Of a stretch of DNA of 64,000 nucleotides, positions 40,175 to 52,092 are shown piece after piece; position 1 is the first letter of the stretch, and every line of letters begins with the position of its first letter. Location of the stretch: NCBI GenBank assembly GCA_963719315.1, contig CAVRBU010000002.1, positions 672,001 to 736,000 of the forward strand. Reading direction: 5' to 3'. Under the pieces are notes generated by a model. That model was not told where the DNA came from, ran no database searches, and saw only the letters and a list, made by a program, of their open reading frames with translations. A program made the position numbers and the translations under genes. This DNA is from an uncultured Planctomycetota bacterium (GTDB lineage Bacteria > Planctomycetota > Planctomycetia > Pirellulales > Lacipirellulaceae).

Positions 40175-40752
40175 TAGAACGCCCGAAGACAGACTCAACC
40201 AACCAGCCACAATCGCGACTTTTTCTCGATTCAGCGGTACAGGCCGGCGTTTTGAATTCTTCTTGTGACTGACCATTTGCTGCTCGCTGATTACGAAGAA
40301 CTCGGCCCCATGATGGGTCTGGGTGTCCTTGGAGCGTACGCGGTCCTTCTATTGATCGCGGTCGCCTTCCGGGCATTTCGCTCTATCTGGGGAGTGTTGA
40401 TTGGCCTAAATCGCTGCCGCCATCGCATCAACTCCAGCGATCTCTGCCTACGTAGACCTATCGCAATACCCGAATGCAATGCGGCGTCCGTCCATCGTGA
40501 ATCTGTTCTCTTGGACAGCGTGGCTCTTGGCCATTGTGTTGTCGATTCCTTTCATTCAGTTTTGTATCGTTCGAGTACGGGCCAAGTATCGTCACCCACA
40601 AAGACCGTAACAGTCGCAAAACTTTCATACGCAATTGGATCCCCTGCCGAATTTAGTCTCTTTACACTGGAAGTCGCGCTGAGCGGGACGGCGTGAATTT
40701 GTGGCGCCGTCAGACTTGATAAAGAACGTTTAACAACTGTTTGCACGGAATC

Positions 40753-41205
40753 ATGATGAAACGGTCGGCTATCGTCATTGCGCTGGCCCTGCCCGGTGCC
40801 ATTATCGCCGGCATGTATGGATCGTTGATTGCTGCATTTTCCGGCGATGCCGATCCAACTAAGGCTGCCTTATTGTGTTGGATGGCATGGGGCGCGTTCG
40901 GTGGCGCATGTATTGGAGCCCTTCCCGGATTGATCGTGGGCCTATTTCTCCGCGTGCGCTGGGTCTTTCCGTTCCTTGGTTCTGCGATTGGCGCACTTTA
41001 TGGGCTCGTCGAAGCGTCGGGCGTCCATCTCGCGCATTCCATGTGGATATTCGTCGGAGGGTCACCCCAAGTCCGTTTTATCAACATTGCAGGATATGCG
41101 AACGTCGGTGCCATGGTTTTAGGATTCCTCCTCGGCCTAGTAAGCTGGCACTTACTCACCAATCCTTCGAACCTTGGAACACCCCAGCATGAGCGCTGCG
41201 ATTGA
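40753..41205 (+). CDS. Hypothetical Gly-rich multi-pass membrane protein
   Basis: About four hydrophobic GxxxG-rich segments. Confidence 0.5.
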   Translation: MMKRSAIVIALALPGAIIAGMYGSLIAAFSGDADPTKAALLCWMAWGAFGGACIGALPGLIVGLFLRVRWVFPFLGSAIGALYGLVEASGVHLAHSMWIFVGGSPQVRFINIAGYANVGAMVLGFLLGLVSWHLLTNPSNLGTPQHERCD

Positions 41206-41573
41206 GCGAAAAACCATTGAGGAAGCACTCCATATCCGCATACGCATCGCTCGCTGTGGCGGCCTGCTGCTCGATTTGCCTGCTTATGTTTATTGTCAGG
41301 TCATCGGAGGGACGACGACGCATTGCCGTCGAGTTCGGCGTAAGCGATTCCGTCATGCCGCGGTATGGCGAGGTGCTGCATGCGGCCGCGAAGTGGCAGA
41401 TTCGCACAATGCTGGGACTCGCTTTTATTTTCCTTGGGAGCACACTTGCCTTAGCGTTGGGAATTGTCGCGTGGCACGGACGTCCGCAAGTGAAGACGAT
41501 CGCCGCTGCGACTATTTGCCTGAGTCTCCTTGATCTAATGGTTGCGGTGTTTCTCGCTTGGGGGATAAGCTGA
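41202..41573 (+). CDS. Hypothetical membrane protein (start uncertain)
   Basis: Three hydrophobic segments; may start at ATG 41189 with a frameshift in an A run. Confidence 0.45.
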   Translation: MSEKPLRKHSISAYASLAVAACCSICLLMFIVRSSEGRRRIAVEFGVSDSVMPRYGEVLHAAAKWQIRTMLGLAFIFLGSTLALALGIVAWHGRPQVKTIAAATICLSLLDLMVAVFLAWGIS

Positions 41574-41694
41574 GTTACTCGGCGCTAAAACTATTCGGAG
41601 CGTTTTCTCTTTCCTGAACTGCAATCAGCCGGGCGATTTTATTTTCTGCCTGGAAAGCCTCCCGCAATGAGTATGGCTGCAAATCAATGACCAG

Positions 41695-43147
41695 ATGGAT
41701 TTATTGCCAATAACTCTTGTTGCAGGAGAAATCACGCTGATCGTTGGGGCGTGTGCGTGGATACTGTTTAGTTGGTGCCGGCATCGCCGCTTTAGCTTGC
41801 GCGCACTACTCTCCGCAACGGCGCTGGTTGCATTCACACTGTTCGTAATTGTTTATCACGCTATTCCACTAGCGAGTCAACGCCTCGCGATACGTCAAAT
41901 CCGCGCTGCGGGCGGCGAGATAACTTTTCGCGAAGAATTGGAGGACAACTCTCGACAAGTGAAAGTCCGTCGCGTATTTGCCGATACAGATCAGCAGGCT
42001 TTTGTCGTCGCGCAAGAGTTGGAGCGGCTTCCCCAATTCAAGAGCGTCGTTCTATCTGCCTTTGTTACTGATGCAGGAGTGCAAGCTATTTGTGAAACCC
42101 GCCGACCACTCTCTCTTGAAGCACTTCATCTGCAAAGTGATCGCATTTCGAGCTCGGGCCTGAGGCACCTGGCGAAGCTGCAAAGACTCGAATCCTTGCA
42201 TTGTGTGACAACGACTCTCATCAATGTTGCTGGAATCACTCATCTAAAGGACGTGCCAGGCTTGAAACGCTTATGTCTCGTGGATAGCTGGAAGCTCAAG
42301 GGTTCCAAGCCATTATTTAGCCTCGAATCGTTTGCAGAAATCGGTGCGATCGAACAACTAACGCTGCTCGATTTGCGGTACGACGGCAGAGAACCTCTCT
42401 ACATCTCCGACACTGCCCTGAGTCACTTGCATCGCCTTAAGCAACTGAAAACGTTATGGCTCAGACAATGCCGAGTGTCGGACGAGGCTGTCGCCGATCT
42501 GCGCGGCGTTACCCGATTGCAAGATCATCGTTTCGCCCATCGTGTTTATGGAGCCGAAGCTTTTTGGCGGGAAGTTTCATCCCGAGTTCGAGCCCCCGAG
42601 TACAAACTGGTTAGCGACACGAGTCACGGACGTCGACACGCCGTGGACATTGCGGATGCAGGCTGCTGCCGCGCTCGGTCGGACACCAGCCGGTGAGCTC
42701 GGTCCGCACTTGCCAGCGTTCTTAAACGCGCTCCTTCATGAACAAGAGCAACCATTGATCTCACAGCTTGCGAATGTCATCCAGAGAGCGGGGCCTGAGC
42801 AGATTCCGGCAGTAACGGCCGCGATTGATCGCGCACAATCCGACCTCGCCCGCCGCGAGTTGCTCCGCGCACTCTCGCAAATGGGCAATGAAGGGCAAAA
42901 AACATTCGCCAACTTAATGCAGTCCACTCCAGAGTACCGACAACTATACAGCGACCGCTTGCCGGAGGGCCCAAAACCTCCGTCTAATTCTCCGCGTGGG
43001 CCGCCTCCCTTGGAACAAAAGGCGCCCGCAAAACAGAGCCAAATCAATCCCATGATCGAGTACCGCTACAACATTCTACGGGGCGGCCCACCGCGCGAGG
43101 AAGCAAGGGGCCAGAACGGCAAACGTCAACTTGAGAGCGCCCGATGA
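41695..43147 (+). CDS. Membrane-anchored leucine-rich-repeat protein with HEAT-like C-terminus (frameshift near 42505)
   Basis: RFSLRALL motif, LRR units (VTDAGVQAI, ISSSGLRHLAKLQRLESL, ISDTALSHLHRLKQLKTLWL); other frame continues AALPDCKII into ORF 42542..43147. Confidence 0.65.
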
Positions 43148-43179
43148 AATAGCCACGGCGGTCTGCTAAACTGGCCTCC

Positions 43180-44799
43180 ATGTTGGCCAAGCTTCATACC
43201 TTTTCCCTATTGGGCATCGACGCCTTACCCGTCGAGGTGGAGGTTGATGTTTCTCCGGGCGCGATTCCCAAAACCATCCTCGTCGGCTTGCCCGAGCAGG
43301 CCGTGAAAGAGAGCACGCACCGCATCGAGCGGGCGATGGTCAACAGCGGGTTCGTGCGGCCGCAGGACCGCGTGGTCATCAACTTGGCGCCGGCCGAACT
43401 TCCAAAAAGCGCGGGATCATTTGATCTGCCCATCGCCGTCGGCATCCTCGCCGGCAGTGGCCAGTTCAAGTCCGAGCTATTCGGCGAATACGCCATCGTC
43501 GGCGAGCTCGCACTCGATGGCAGCACACGGCCGGTGAAGGGCGCACTCTCGATGGCGATGGCGGCAGCGGCGAGAAGCGAGGAGCGAGGAGCAAAGAGCG
43601 GGGAGCAAGTAAATGCAAAAAATCGAAACTCCGTGCTCCCTGCTCCAAGCTCCATGCTTAAGCTCCGCGGCATCATCGTCCCCAGCGCGAACGCGAGCGA
43701 AGCCGCCGTCGTCGAAGGACTCGACGTGATCGCCGTCGATAGCCTCTCGCAAACGATCGCGTTTCTCGCTGGCCAACTCGATATCGAACCAACCCCTTCG
43801 CGGCTCAACGAGTTGTTTCAAGAACTTTCGCACTACGACGAGGACTTCGCCGATGTCCGCGGCCAAGAAATGGCCAAGCGGGCCGTCACGATCGCCGCCG
43901 CCGGCGGGCATAATCTCCTCATGGTCGGTCCCCCCGGCTCCGGAAAGACCATGTTGGCCAAACGTGTGCCAACGATCCTGCCCGTGCTATCGGCTGAGGA
44001 GTCGGTCGAGACAACGCGCATCTACAGCGCCGTGGGCCGACTGCCGGCCGGCCAGCCGCTGCTGGCGCGTCGGCCGTTTCGGGCACCGCACCACACGATC
44101 TCCAACGCCGGCCTCGTGGGGGGCGGCTCGACGCCCACGCCGGGCGAAATCAGCCTTGCCCACAACGGCGTCCTGTTCCTCGACGAGCTGCCCGAGTTCA
44201 ATCGCACCACGCTCGAAGTCCTTCGCCAGCCGCTCGAAGACGGCCACGTCACGATCAGCCGGGCGCTGAATTCCACGACGTTTCCCGCCAATTTCGTGTT
44301 GATCGCGTCGCTCAATCCCTGCCCTTGTGGCTATCGCAACGATCCGCGTCGTGAATGCCATTGTAGCGTACCTCAAATCGAGCGGTACATGGCCAAAATC
44401 AGCGGCCCGCTACTCGACCGCATCGACTTGCACATCGAAGTGCCGGCCGTGCCTTTCAAAGAGCTCAGCGCTTCGCAGGGCGGCACGTCGAGCACCGTAA
44501 TGCGCGACCATGTGATGGCCGCCCGGGCCATACAGGAAGCCCGCTTCTTGAACTCGAAAACGCGGCAAAACGCCGAAATGACTACCCGCGAAATCCGGCA
44601 GCATTGCCAGCTCAACGACGCCGGTACGAACCTGTTTCGTTCGAGCATTCAGGAAATGGGCCTCTCGGCCCGAGCCCACGACAAAGTGCTCCGCGTCGCC
44701 CGCACGATCGCCGACCTAGATGGCCGCGGGGAAATCCTGTCCGAGCATGTGAGCGAAGCAGTGAATTACCGCATGCTGGATCGGCAGTTTTGGAGTTAG
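43180..44799 (+). CDS. comM: YifB/ComM family Mg-chelatase-like AAA+ ATPase
   Basis: VINLAPAELPK, GELALDG, GPPGSGKTMLA, RAPHHTIS, LAHNGVLFLDELPEF, NPCPCG, SGPLLDRID. Confidence 0.93.
   Translation: MLAKLHTFSLLGIDALPVEVEVDVSPGAIPKTILVGLPEQAVKESTHRIERAMVNSGFVRPQDRVVINLAPAELPKSAGSFDLPIAVGILAGSGQFKSELFGEYAIVGELALDGSTRPVKGALSMAMAAAARSEERGAKSGEQVNAKNRNSVLPAPSSMLKLRGIIVPSANASEAAVVEGLDVIAVDSLSQTIAFLAGQLDIEPTPSRLNELFQELSHYDEDFADVRGQEMAKRAVTIAAAGGHNLLMVGPPGSGKTMLAKRVPTILPVLSAEESVETTRIYSAVGRLPAGQPLLARRPFRAPHHTISNAGLVGGGSTPTPGEISLAHNGVLFLDELPEFNRTTLEVLRQPLEDGHVTISRALNSTTFPANFVLIASLNPCPCGYRNDPRRECHCSVPQIERYMAKISGPLLDRIDLHIEVPAVPFKELSASQGGTSSTVMRDHVMAARAIQEARFLNSKTRQNAEMTTREIRQHCQLNDAGTNLFRSSIQEMGLSARAHDKVLRVARTIADLDGRGEILSEHVSEAVNYRMLDRQFWS
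43570..43662. repeat. Inverted heptamer-array element inside comM
   Basis: GCGAGAA GCGAGGA GCGAGGA GCAAAGA GCGGGGA - A-rich loop - CTCCGTG CTCCCTG CTCCAAG CTCCATG. Confidence 0.8.
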
Positions 44800-44940
44800 T
44801 GCGAGGCCCCCTCCTATTGGGATTCTGTCGCCCAGCATTTTATGAGTGGTTCGCATCGACGTGCTACAATCTGCTTGGGCAGGGCACGGGGTTTGCTCCC
44901 GCAACGGAACCCGGGGCTGCGGACCAAAGAGGAGGATGAA

Positions 44941-46581
44941 ATGCGTACCTTGGGATTCTGCGCGATTGCAGCGGCGGCGGCGCTTTTATTCGCGCCAGGA
45001 AGCATGCACGCCGCAATTTCCGGTCTCACCCGCGTCGCCAGCGGATTGTCGAATCCCATCTTCGTCACTCACGCCCCCGGCGACCGCTCGCGATTGTTCA
45101 TCGCCCAGCGCGGTGGCGCCATTCGCATACTTAATCTAGATACGGGGATGCTCGAAACGACGCCATTCCTGACCATGTCGGGCGTCAGTACGGATAACGA
45201 AGGTGGGTTCCTCGGTCTCGCCTTTCACCCGGATTACTTTAACGAGGGCATGCCTGGCTTTGGTAAGTTCTACGTCAATGTCACGACAAACAGCACCACG
45301 GTCACTCACATCCGTGAATTCGAGGTTTTGGTGGGTAATCCCAACTTGGCAGATTCTGGTTCGCTCCGAGAAATCCTCAGCTTCTCGCAGCCGCAAACCA
45401 ATCACGACGGCGGCTGGATCGGATTCAGTCCCAACGACAACTTCCTATACGTCGCGACAGGCGACGGCGGCGGCAGCGACGATAACGACGCTGGCCACAC
45501 GGCCGGCACGGGTAATGGGCAGGACATCACGAACAATTTGCTCGGCAAAATGCTGCGGATCGATCCAACCGGCGACGACTTTCTAGCAGACACTGGCCGC
45601 AACTATGCGATTCCCCCAGCCAATCCTTTCAAAGCAGGCGTTGGCGATCCGGCGGACGACATCGGCGACGACGAAATTTGGGCGTATGGCCTGCGCAACC
45701 CATTCCGCGACAGCTTCGACCGCGTAACAGGTGACTTGTGGATCGGCGACGTCGGTCAGGGCGCCCGCGAGGAGATCGACTTTCAACGGGCTTCCAGCAC
45801 GGGAGGCGAGAATTATGGTTGGCGGCTCCGCGAAGGGACCATCGCTACTCCCAGCGGCGGCGTCGGCGGGACCTGCACGGGGTGCATTGAACCCGTTTAC
45901 GATTATGCACGACCTCTCGCCAATCCGAATAACGATCCGGCCATCGACGAAATAAATAAGTATCGCGGCACGGTGGTTACCGGCGGGTACGTCTATCGCG
46001 GCCCCGATCCTTCGCTGCAAGGCAAGTACTTTTTCTTGGATTCGCGGAACACTGGTGGAACAAGCGATGATAACTATTGGATGTTCGACCCGGCTAACCC
46101 GTACGGTTCCGTCACGAACATTAATGCAATGTTAGTCCCCAATACCGGCTCGGTTCAATTCCCCGATTCATTTGGCGAGGACGTTGTTGGCAATTTGTAC
46201 ATCGCGTATCTCAATAGCGGTGAGGTGTACCGGATTGCAACGAATCAACTGTTGGCCGGCGATTACAACGCCGATGGTGAAGTCGATATGGCGGATTACG
46301 ATCTATGGCGCGAGTCGTTCGGCGGGGCGCTGGCCAATCCGCCGGCCGAAGGAAATGGCAACGGAATCGCCGACGCGGCCGACTACGTGATTTGGCGCAA
46401 GAACTTGGGCGCATCGGTACACGACGGAATCGGCGGCGGTGGGGCGTCGGTGCCGGAGCCATCTACTGTAGTGTTTCTCTTCCAGTTGCTTGTACTGGGG
46501 TTGATGAACGGCGTTGTTCGCGGCCGTTCGACGTACGACGCATTCCAAAAAGCGCAACGCAGCGGTAATTCAAACGCATGA
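44941..46581 (+). CDS. PQQ-dependent glucose/sorbosone dehydrogenase-type beta-propeller with dockerin-like motif and PEP-CTERM
   Basis: GFLGLAFHPD, NHDGG, LLGKMLRID, WAYGLRNP, GDVGQ, SFGED; GDYNADGEVDMADY; VPEP + TM. Confidence 0.88.
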   Translation: MRTLGFCAIAAAAALLFAPGSMHAAISGLTRVASGLSNPIFVTHAPGDRSRLFIAQRGGAIRILNLDTGMLETTPFLTMSGVSTDNEGGFLGLAFHPDYFNEGMPGFGKFYVNVTTNSTTVTHIREFEVLVGNPNLADSGSLREILSFSQPQTNHDGGWIGFSPNDNFLYVATGDGGGSDDNDAGHTAGTGNGQDITNNLLGKMLRIDPTGDDFLADTGRNYAIPPANPFKAGVGDPADDIGDDEIWAYGLRNPFRDSFDRVTGDLWIGDVGQGAREEIDFQRASSTGGENYGWRLREGTIATPSGGVGGTCTGCIEPVYDYARPLANPNNDPAIDEINKYRGTVVTGGYVYRGPDPSLQGKYFFLDSRNTGGTSDDNYWMFDPANPYGSVTNINAMLVPNTGSVQFPDSFGEDVVGNLYIAYLNSGEVYRIATNQLLAGDYNADGEVDMADYDLWRESFGGALANPPAEGNGNGIADAADYVIWRKNLGASVHDGIGGGGASVPEPSTVVFLFQLLVLGLMNGVVRGRSTYDAFQKAQRSGNSNA

Positions 46582-46842
46582 GGGTTCGACAGGCGATCGC
46601 CACCTTTGCCTGCTTAAGTCGTCCTTTCCCTGTGCTGCGGACTGCCGATGAAGCAGCGTCCTAATGCGTGAAAACACGGCTCTCGAGCATTTTTTGGGTT
46701 GTTCGCGCCTGGGCCCAAGTGTAGGGTAGGGCTGATTAGCGCGTGGCCTCATATTGGCGCCTCCGCGTTTCTCTTTGTCAGGAGACTCTTCGCCGAACAG
46801 TATCGCGGCACGGCACCACAATTCAGCCCTTGGGAAAACGTC

Positions 46843-49800
46843 ATGCGTCAAACTCTCGTTTGCCCGACCCGTCAATTCTTGCGTACGGTCGCGATTACTT
46901 CGATTGCGCTGCTTTTCATGGCACCGGCCGCACGGGCGGTCGACTTCGAGTGGGACGGTGGTGGTGGCGCTGATAATCGCTGGACGACTGCTGCCAACTG
47001 GAACCAAGTCGTTCCCCCTAACGCCTTAAACAACATTATTTTGACTGGGTCGTCCGCCGCCGGACCGATCACCATCGACGTCGACGGTTCCCAGACGATC
47101 AACCGCATCGATCACAACGGCGCCAACGGCAACTACACCTTCGGTGATACCGTCGGCGCGGATTCCATCACGATATTTGTCGCTACCAGCAACGCGCTGG
47201 CGAATCTAACCCAGGGCAGCGACCTCATCGTCAATTCCAACATTCTATTGAACCAGGGGAGCTCCGTGCTGCGGTTCAACAGCGGCAACGCTGGCGACAA
47301 CAGCGGGCATATCGTCGTTAACGGCAACGTCAGCCCCTCGGCTGCCGCGGCCGGCGCGATCTCTTTGTCGCTCACGTCCAACAACAAATCGACTGGCCCG
47401 TGGGTCACCGTGAACGGCGTCATCGCCGACGGTCCCGGCGCGACGATCGGCCTGATCGCCGGAGTAGAGGTAGCACAGAGCGAGGCCGTCACGGCGGATC
47501 ATGCCGGTGAGGTTTCCGTGACCGGGCTCAACACGTTCACCGGGTCGGTGCGGATCACGGGCGGGAAGCTGATCTTCGACTCGATCGAAAATATCGAGCA
47601 GCCCCGATCCCAACGCGCTGGGCATGCCCAGCACCGGCAACGAGACGATCGTCATGGGCGACCTCAATATCTCGTCGGGCACACTTAAGTACGTCGGCAC
47701 CAGCACCGCGAGCAACACGAGCAACCGCCCGATCCAAATCGTCGACATCAACACCTCGGCCACGATCGACGCGTCCGGCACAGTTCCGTTGGTACTCAGC
47801 GGCGGGATCAACCCCATCACCAGCAGCACCACCACGCGAACCCTGAACTTGGCGGGCAGCAACACAGGCAACAACACGATCAGCGGCGTGATCCAGCCCG
47901 CGGCAGGCTCCGGCGTGCTGAACATCAACAAGAACGGCGCCGGCAAATGGATTCTCAGCGGCATCAATAACCAGCTCGATGGGTCAATCGCGATCAACGG
48001 GGGTGAATTGGTCGTCACCAACCAGATCGGAAGCGGCTTTAGCGACAGTTTGTTGGGCCCGTTGACCATCGGCAGCGCTGGCACGTTCACCCTCGACGGT
48101 GGCAGCGCGTACGTCAGGGGTTTCAACAACTCCAGTGGTGGAACCTTCAATTTCAAGTCGGGACACTTGCAGATCCTTGGAAACACGTCACCCGGCGGCG
48201 CCGGCTCCATGATCATCGGCACGGATGGAATTGGAACGCTGGATTGTTACTTCGGCGACCAAACCTACGGAGACGTCACGCTCCATGACTCTAATGACGG
48301 TATAGGTTTGTCGCTCTCTGGGACATACACCTTCGACAATCTTGACAATTCGGCGGGCGGTCATGTAGGTACGACTAACACCAACACGAACTTGAAAATC
48401 AATACCGGAGGGACGTTTACCGACCGGGTCGACTCCGGCTTGTCGCAGTTTCGCCCCCGCATCCAGGGTGGGGGCGGTTTTACCAAACAGGGCGCCGGGA
48501 CGCTCATGTTTGACGGCGCCAACGCTCATACCTACACCGGCGACACGCGGATCGAAGGAGGCACGCTCCTTGTCACCACCTCCGATATGCCGACCGTGCC
48601 GACGTATATCGCGGCCGGTGCCGAGCTCGACTTGACCAGCGCAGTGGCCGGCGACGAAGTTGGTAGGCTGACAGGCACGGGAATGGTCATTACCCCAACT
48701 TCTACTACGTTCGCCGTCAACTTCAGCGGGGCCGACGGCGACTTCGCCGGCTCGATTACCGGTACTGGCAACTTCAACAAACGCGGCTCAGGCAAGCAAA
48801 TCCTTAGCGGCCCGAACACGTACACCGGTCCCACTGCACTCGAACTCAACGGCGGCACGTTAGAAATCGCACCGGGAGGATCGATCATCGGCACGAGCGG
48901 CATCACTTACAATATTTCCACGCTCGCCGTTACCGGCGGCACAATCGACACCCCAGGGAGCATCCGGCCGGTCTCCAGTTCTGTGAATTCGGTACTCAGC
49001 ATTACAGGCGGGTTGGTCAAGGCGAACGCCATCGACCGCACCATCAATTCGCAGTATCTGAACACCTTCACATGGACTGGCGGCACGGTACGCCTGCTGA
49101 CCGCAACGGCGATCAATGGCAGCACGACCACCGCCATCAACCGACCCTTCGGCGGTTCACTAACCTTGGACGACGACATGACGCTCGTGATCGACGACGC
49201 GTTGTCGGTGACAAATACTGGTGTGCTGAACATCAACGGCGGGTCGGTCCTTGCCGACACCATCGTGACGGGCGGGAATATCAACTTCAATTCCGGCACC
49301 ATGCGCATGCGCAACGATCAATCGTTCGACGCGGCGCGGCTTGCCGCGCTCGATATCGACGCACCTCTCGGCGCCGGGCGGAATTTGATTGTCGATGGCA
49401 TGGCCGCAGTCAGCGCTCCGCTCACGCTCGCAGGCGGTTCGTTCTCCGCCGGAACGATCGTCAACCCGGAAAACCTCGTGCTCGGCAGCGGCACGCTGAA
49501 CGTCACGAATAGCGATCTGGCAATTTCCGCCGCGACCACCGTCGATTCCACAACCGGCATGACGATCGACGTATCGAGCGGCGGCTTGGCGAATGCCGGG
49601 CAGTTCAATGCCACCGGCGCGACCGCCACGTTTGCCGCCGCATCGACCAATGCCGCCGCGGCGGAGATCAACGCCATCAATTCCAACTTGACGTTTACTG
49701 GCGGGCTGACCAACGATGGCACGTTAAATCTGATCAATTCTTCTGTAAGCGGCGCATTCAGTAACCAGGCGGCCGCCAATCTCGCCGGCCTCAACACGTT

Positions 49801-50458
49801 CACCGGCGATGTCAGCGGCGGCGGCAACTTCGGCGGAAGCGGCACAGCCGTGTTTGAGGGTTCCTACAGCCCCGGCGCCAGCCCGGCCGAAATCGACTTC
49901 GGCGGCAACGTCTCGCTGGCCGACACCAACACGCTGTTCATCGAGATCGGCGGCCTCGTGTCCGGCAGTCAGTACGACCGGTTAACGATCGCCGGCAACG
50001 CCGCACTCGATGGCCTCGTGGATGTGTCGCTCATCAACGGCTTCACACCCACGCCGGGTCAACAGTTCACCGTGCTCACGGCGGGCAGCATCAACAATAG
50101 TGGCCTCGCGCTCGGCGGCGCGTTGGCCAGTTCCTTTAGCTTGATCGTCGACAGCACAAGCGTAATTCTTCAGGCCATCGCCCCCGGCCTCGCCGGCGAC
50201 TACAACCACAACGGCACGGTCGACGCAGCCGACTATGTCGTCTGGCGCAAGGGCCTGGGAACCACTTATACCCAGGCCGACTACGACACTTGGCGGATGC
50301 ACTTTGGCCAAACGGCCGGCAGCGGCGCCGGCGGAGCGACGCTTGGTGCGGCCGTGCCGGAACTCAGCACATCGGCGTACCTGCTGGAACTAGCTGCCTC
50401 ATTGTTTGCAGTCGCTTGGTTTCGCCGTTGCCCGCGACTGGCTACAATTGTTGCGTGA
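46843..50458 (+). CDS. Large autotransporter-associated beta-strand repeat surface protein with PEP-CTERM-like tail (frameshift near 47600)
   Basis: Signal peptide; repeats [73 protein letters not shown] + TM. Confidence 0.82.
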
Positions 50459-51949
50459 CCAAGTCATGCAATCCATCACGGCGGCCACGCCAGTTCGGCT
50501 TCACGGCGACATGGAGCCTGGCGGTCGTACTAGCGACAAGTTTTGCGACCGTGCCGATCGACGGCGCTGTGGCCGCCGAGGTCGGCAGGCCGCCCAACGT
50601 CGTATTCATCCTGGCAGATGACTTGGGTTACGGCGACCTGGGTTGCTACGGCCAAAAAATCATCCACACGCCGCGGCTCGATCGGATGGCCGCCGAGGGC
50701 CTGCGGTTCACGCAATTCTACGCCGGCTCCACCGTTTGCGCCGGCCCGGTGCGTGCTGATGACGGGTTTGCATACCGGCCACGCCCGCGTGCGCGGCAAC
50801 GGCGGTCAAGCGATCACCTCGCTTACCAATAAGGATGTAACGGTAGCCGAGCTTATGAGGCAGGCAGGTTACGCCACCGCCCTATGCGGCAAATGGGGGC
50901 TCGGCGCGGCAATTCCGGACAATCAAGGGCTGCCGAACGACCAGGGCTTTGACTTGTTTTTCGGCTACTTGAGCCAAACTCAAGCCCACAATTATTACCC
51001 GGACTTTCTGTGGCGCAACAAAGAACGTGTGGCTCTTCAAAACGTGCTGAAGGGCAGCCCCAACGCGCTACAGGCGATATCGACGAAAAAAGTTCAGTAC
51101 AGTCCCGACCTGGTGCGCGACGAAGCCATCCAATTCGTCAAGCAACACCGCGATCAACCGTTCTTCTTGTATTGGGCGACGACGATCCCGCATGCGAACA
51201 ACGAGGCCAGGGCCGCCACCGGCGACGGAATGGAAGTTCCAGACTATGGCACGTACGTCGATCGCCCGTGGCCCAACCCCGACAAAGGCCAGGCCGCGAT
51301 GATTACCAGGCTCGACGCCGATGTCGGCAAACTTCTCGACACGCTCCGCGAACTGGGCATCGACGATAACACGCTTGTAATGTTCACCAGCGACAACGGC
51401 CCGCACCACGAAGGCGGCCAGAACACCGAACGCTTCGACCCGAACGGCCCGCTCCGCGGCTTCAAGCGCGACCTCTACGAAGGCGGCATCCGCGTGCCCC
51501 TCATCGCCCGCTGGCCCGGCACAATCGCGGCCGGCGGCACTTCGGACCATATCAGTTACTTTGGCGATGCGTTCGCAACCCTCGCCGAATTGACGCAACA
51601 ACCCATTCCACAACATCTCGATTCCATCAGCATGCTGCCCACGCTCACCGGCAAAACTGCCGAGCAGCGACAACACGATTATATGTACTGGGAGTTCTAC
51701 GAACAGGGCAGCAAGCAGGCTGTGCGCTCACAAAACTGGAAGGCCGTGCGCATACCGATGATCACCGGCAATACCGAGCTCTACGACCTGGCGACCGACA
51801 TCGGCGAAACAACAAACGTGGCCACCGAGCACGCCGACGTCGTCCATCGCCTCGAACAAATGATGACCGAAGCCCACGTGCCTGACCCGAATTGGCCGGT
51901 GGAAAAAACCAAGCTGCAAAGACATAAAGGACACGGAGAAAAGAGGTAG
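50455..51949 (+). CDS. Arylsulfatase-family sulfatase (frameshift in the CAPAR motif near 50740)
   Basis: [22 protein letters not shown] in one frame; [27 protein letters not shown] in the next. Confidence 0.88.
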
Positions 51950-52022
51950 GTATCGCAATCAGTTGCTTTTTGAAACACTTTCCAATCTCGTTTTTCCGTT
52001 GCGACCTTTGTGCCTTCGTGCC
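51916..52022. repeat. Inverted nonamer-array element overlapping the sulfatase 3' end
   Basis: GCAAAGACA TAAAGGACA CGGAG ... GCGACCTTTGTGCCTTCGTGCC. Confidence 0.5.
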
Positions 52023-52092
52023 TACAATTCGAATAGTTACATTTCCGCACTCGATGCCCGCGCGCGGTCAATTGGGCTTACGGCGCCGATGG

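Noticed and set aside
39072..40268. 398-aa plus-strand ORF across the IS
   Set aside because: Antisense shadow of the transposase, as expected in GC-rich DNA.
40265..40696. 143-aa ORF right of the IS
   Set aside because: No recognisable motif and atypical composition; may be a decayed membrane-protein remnant, so not called.
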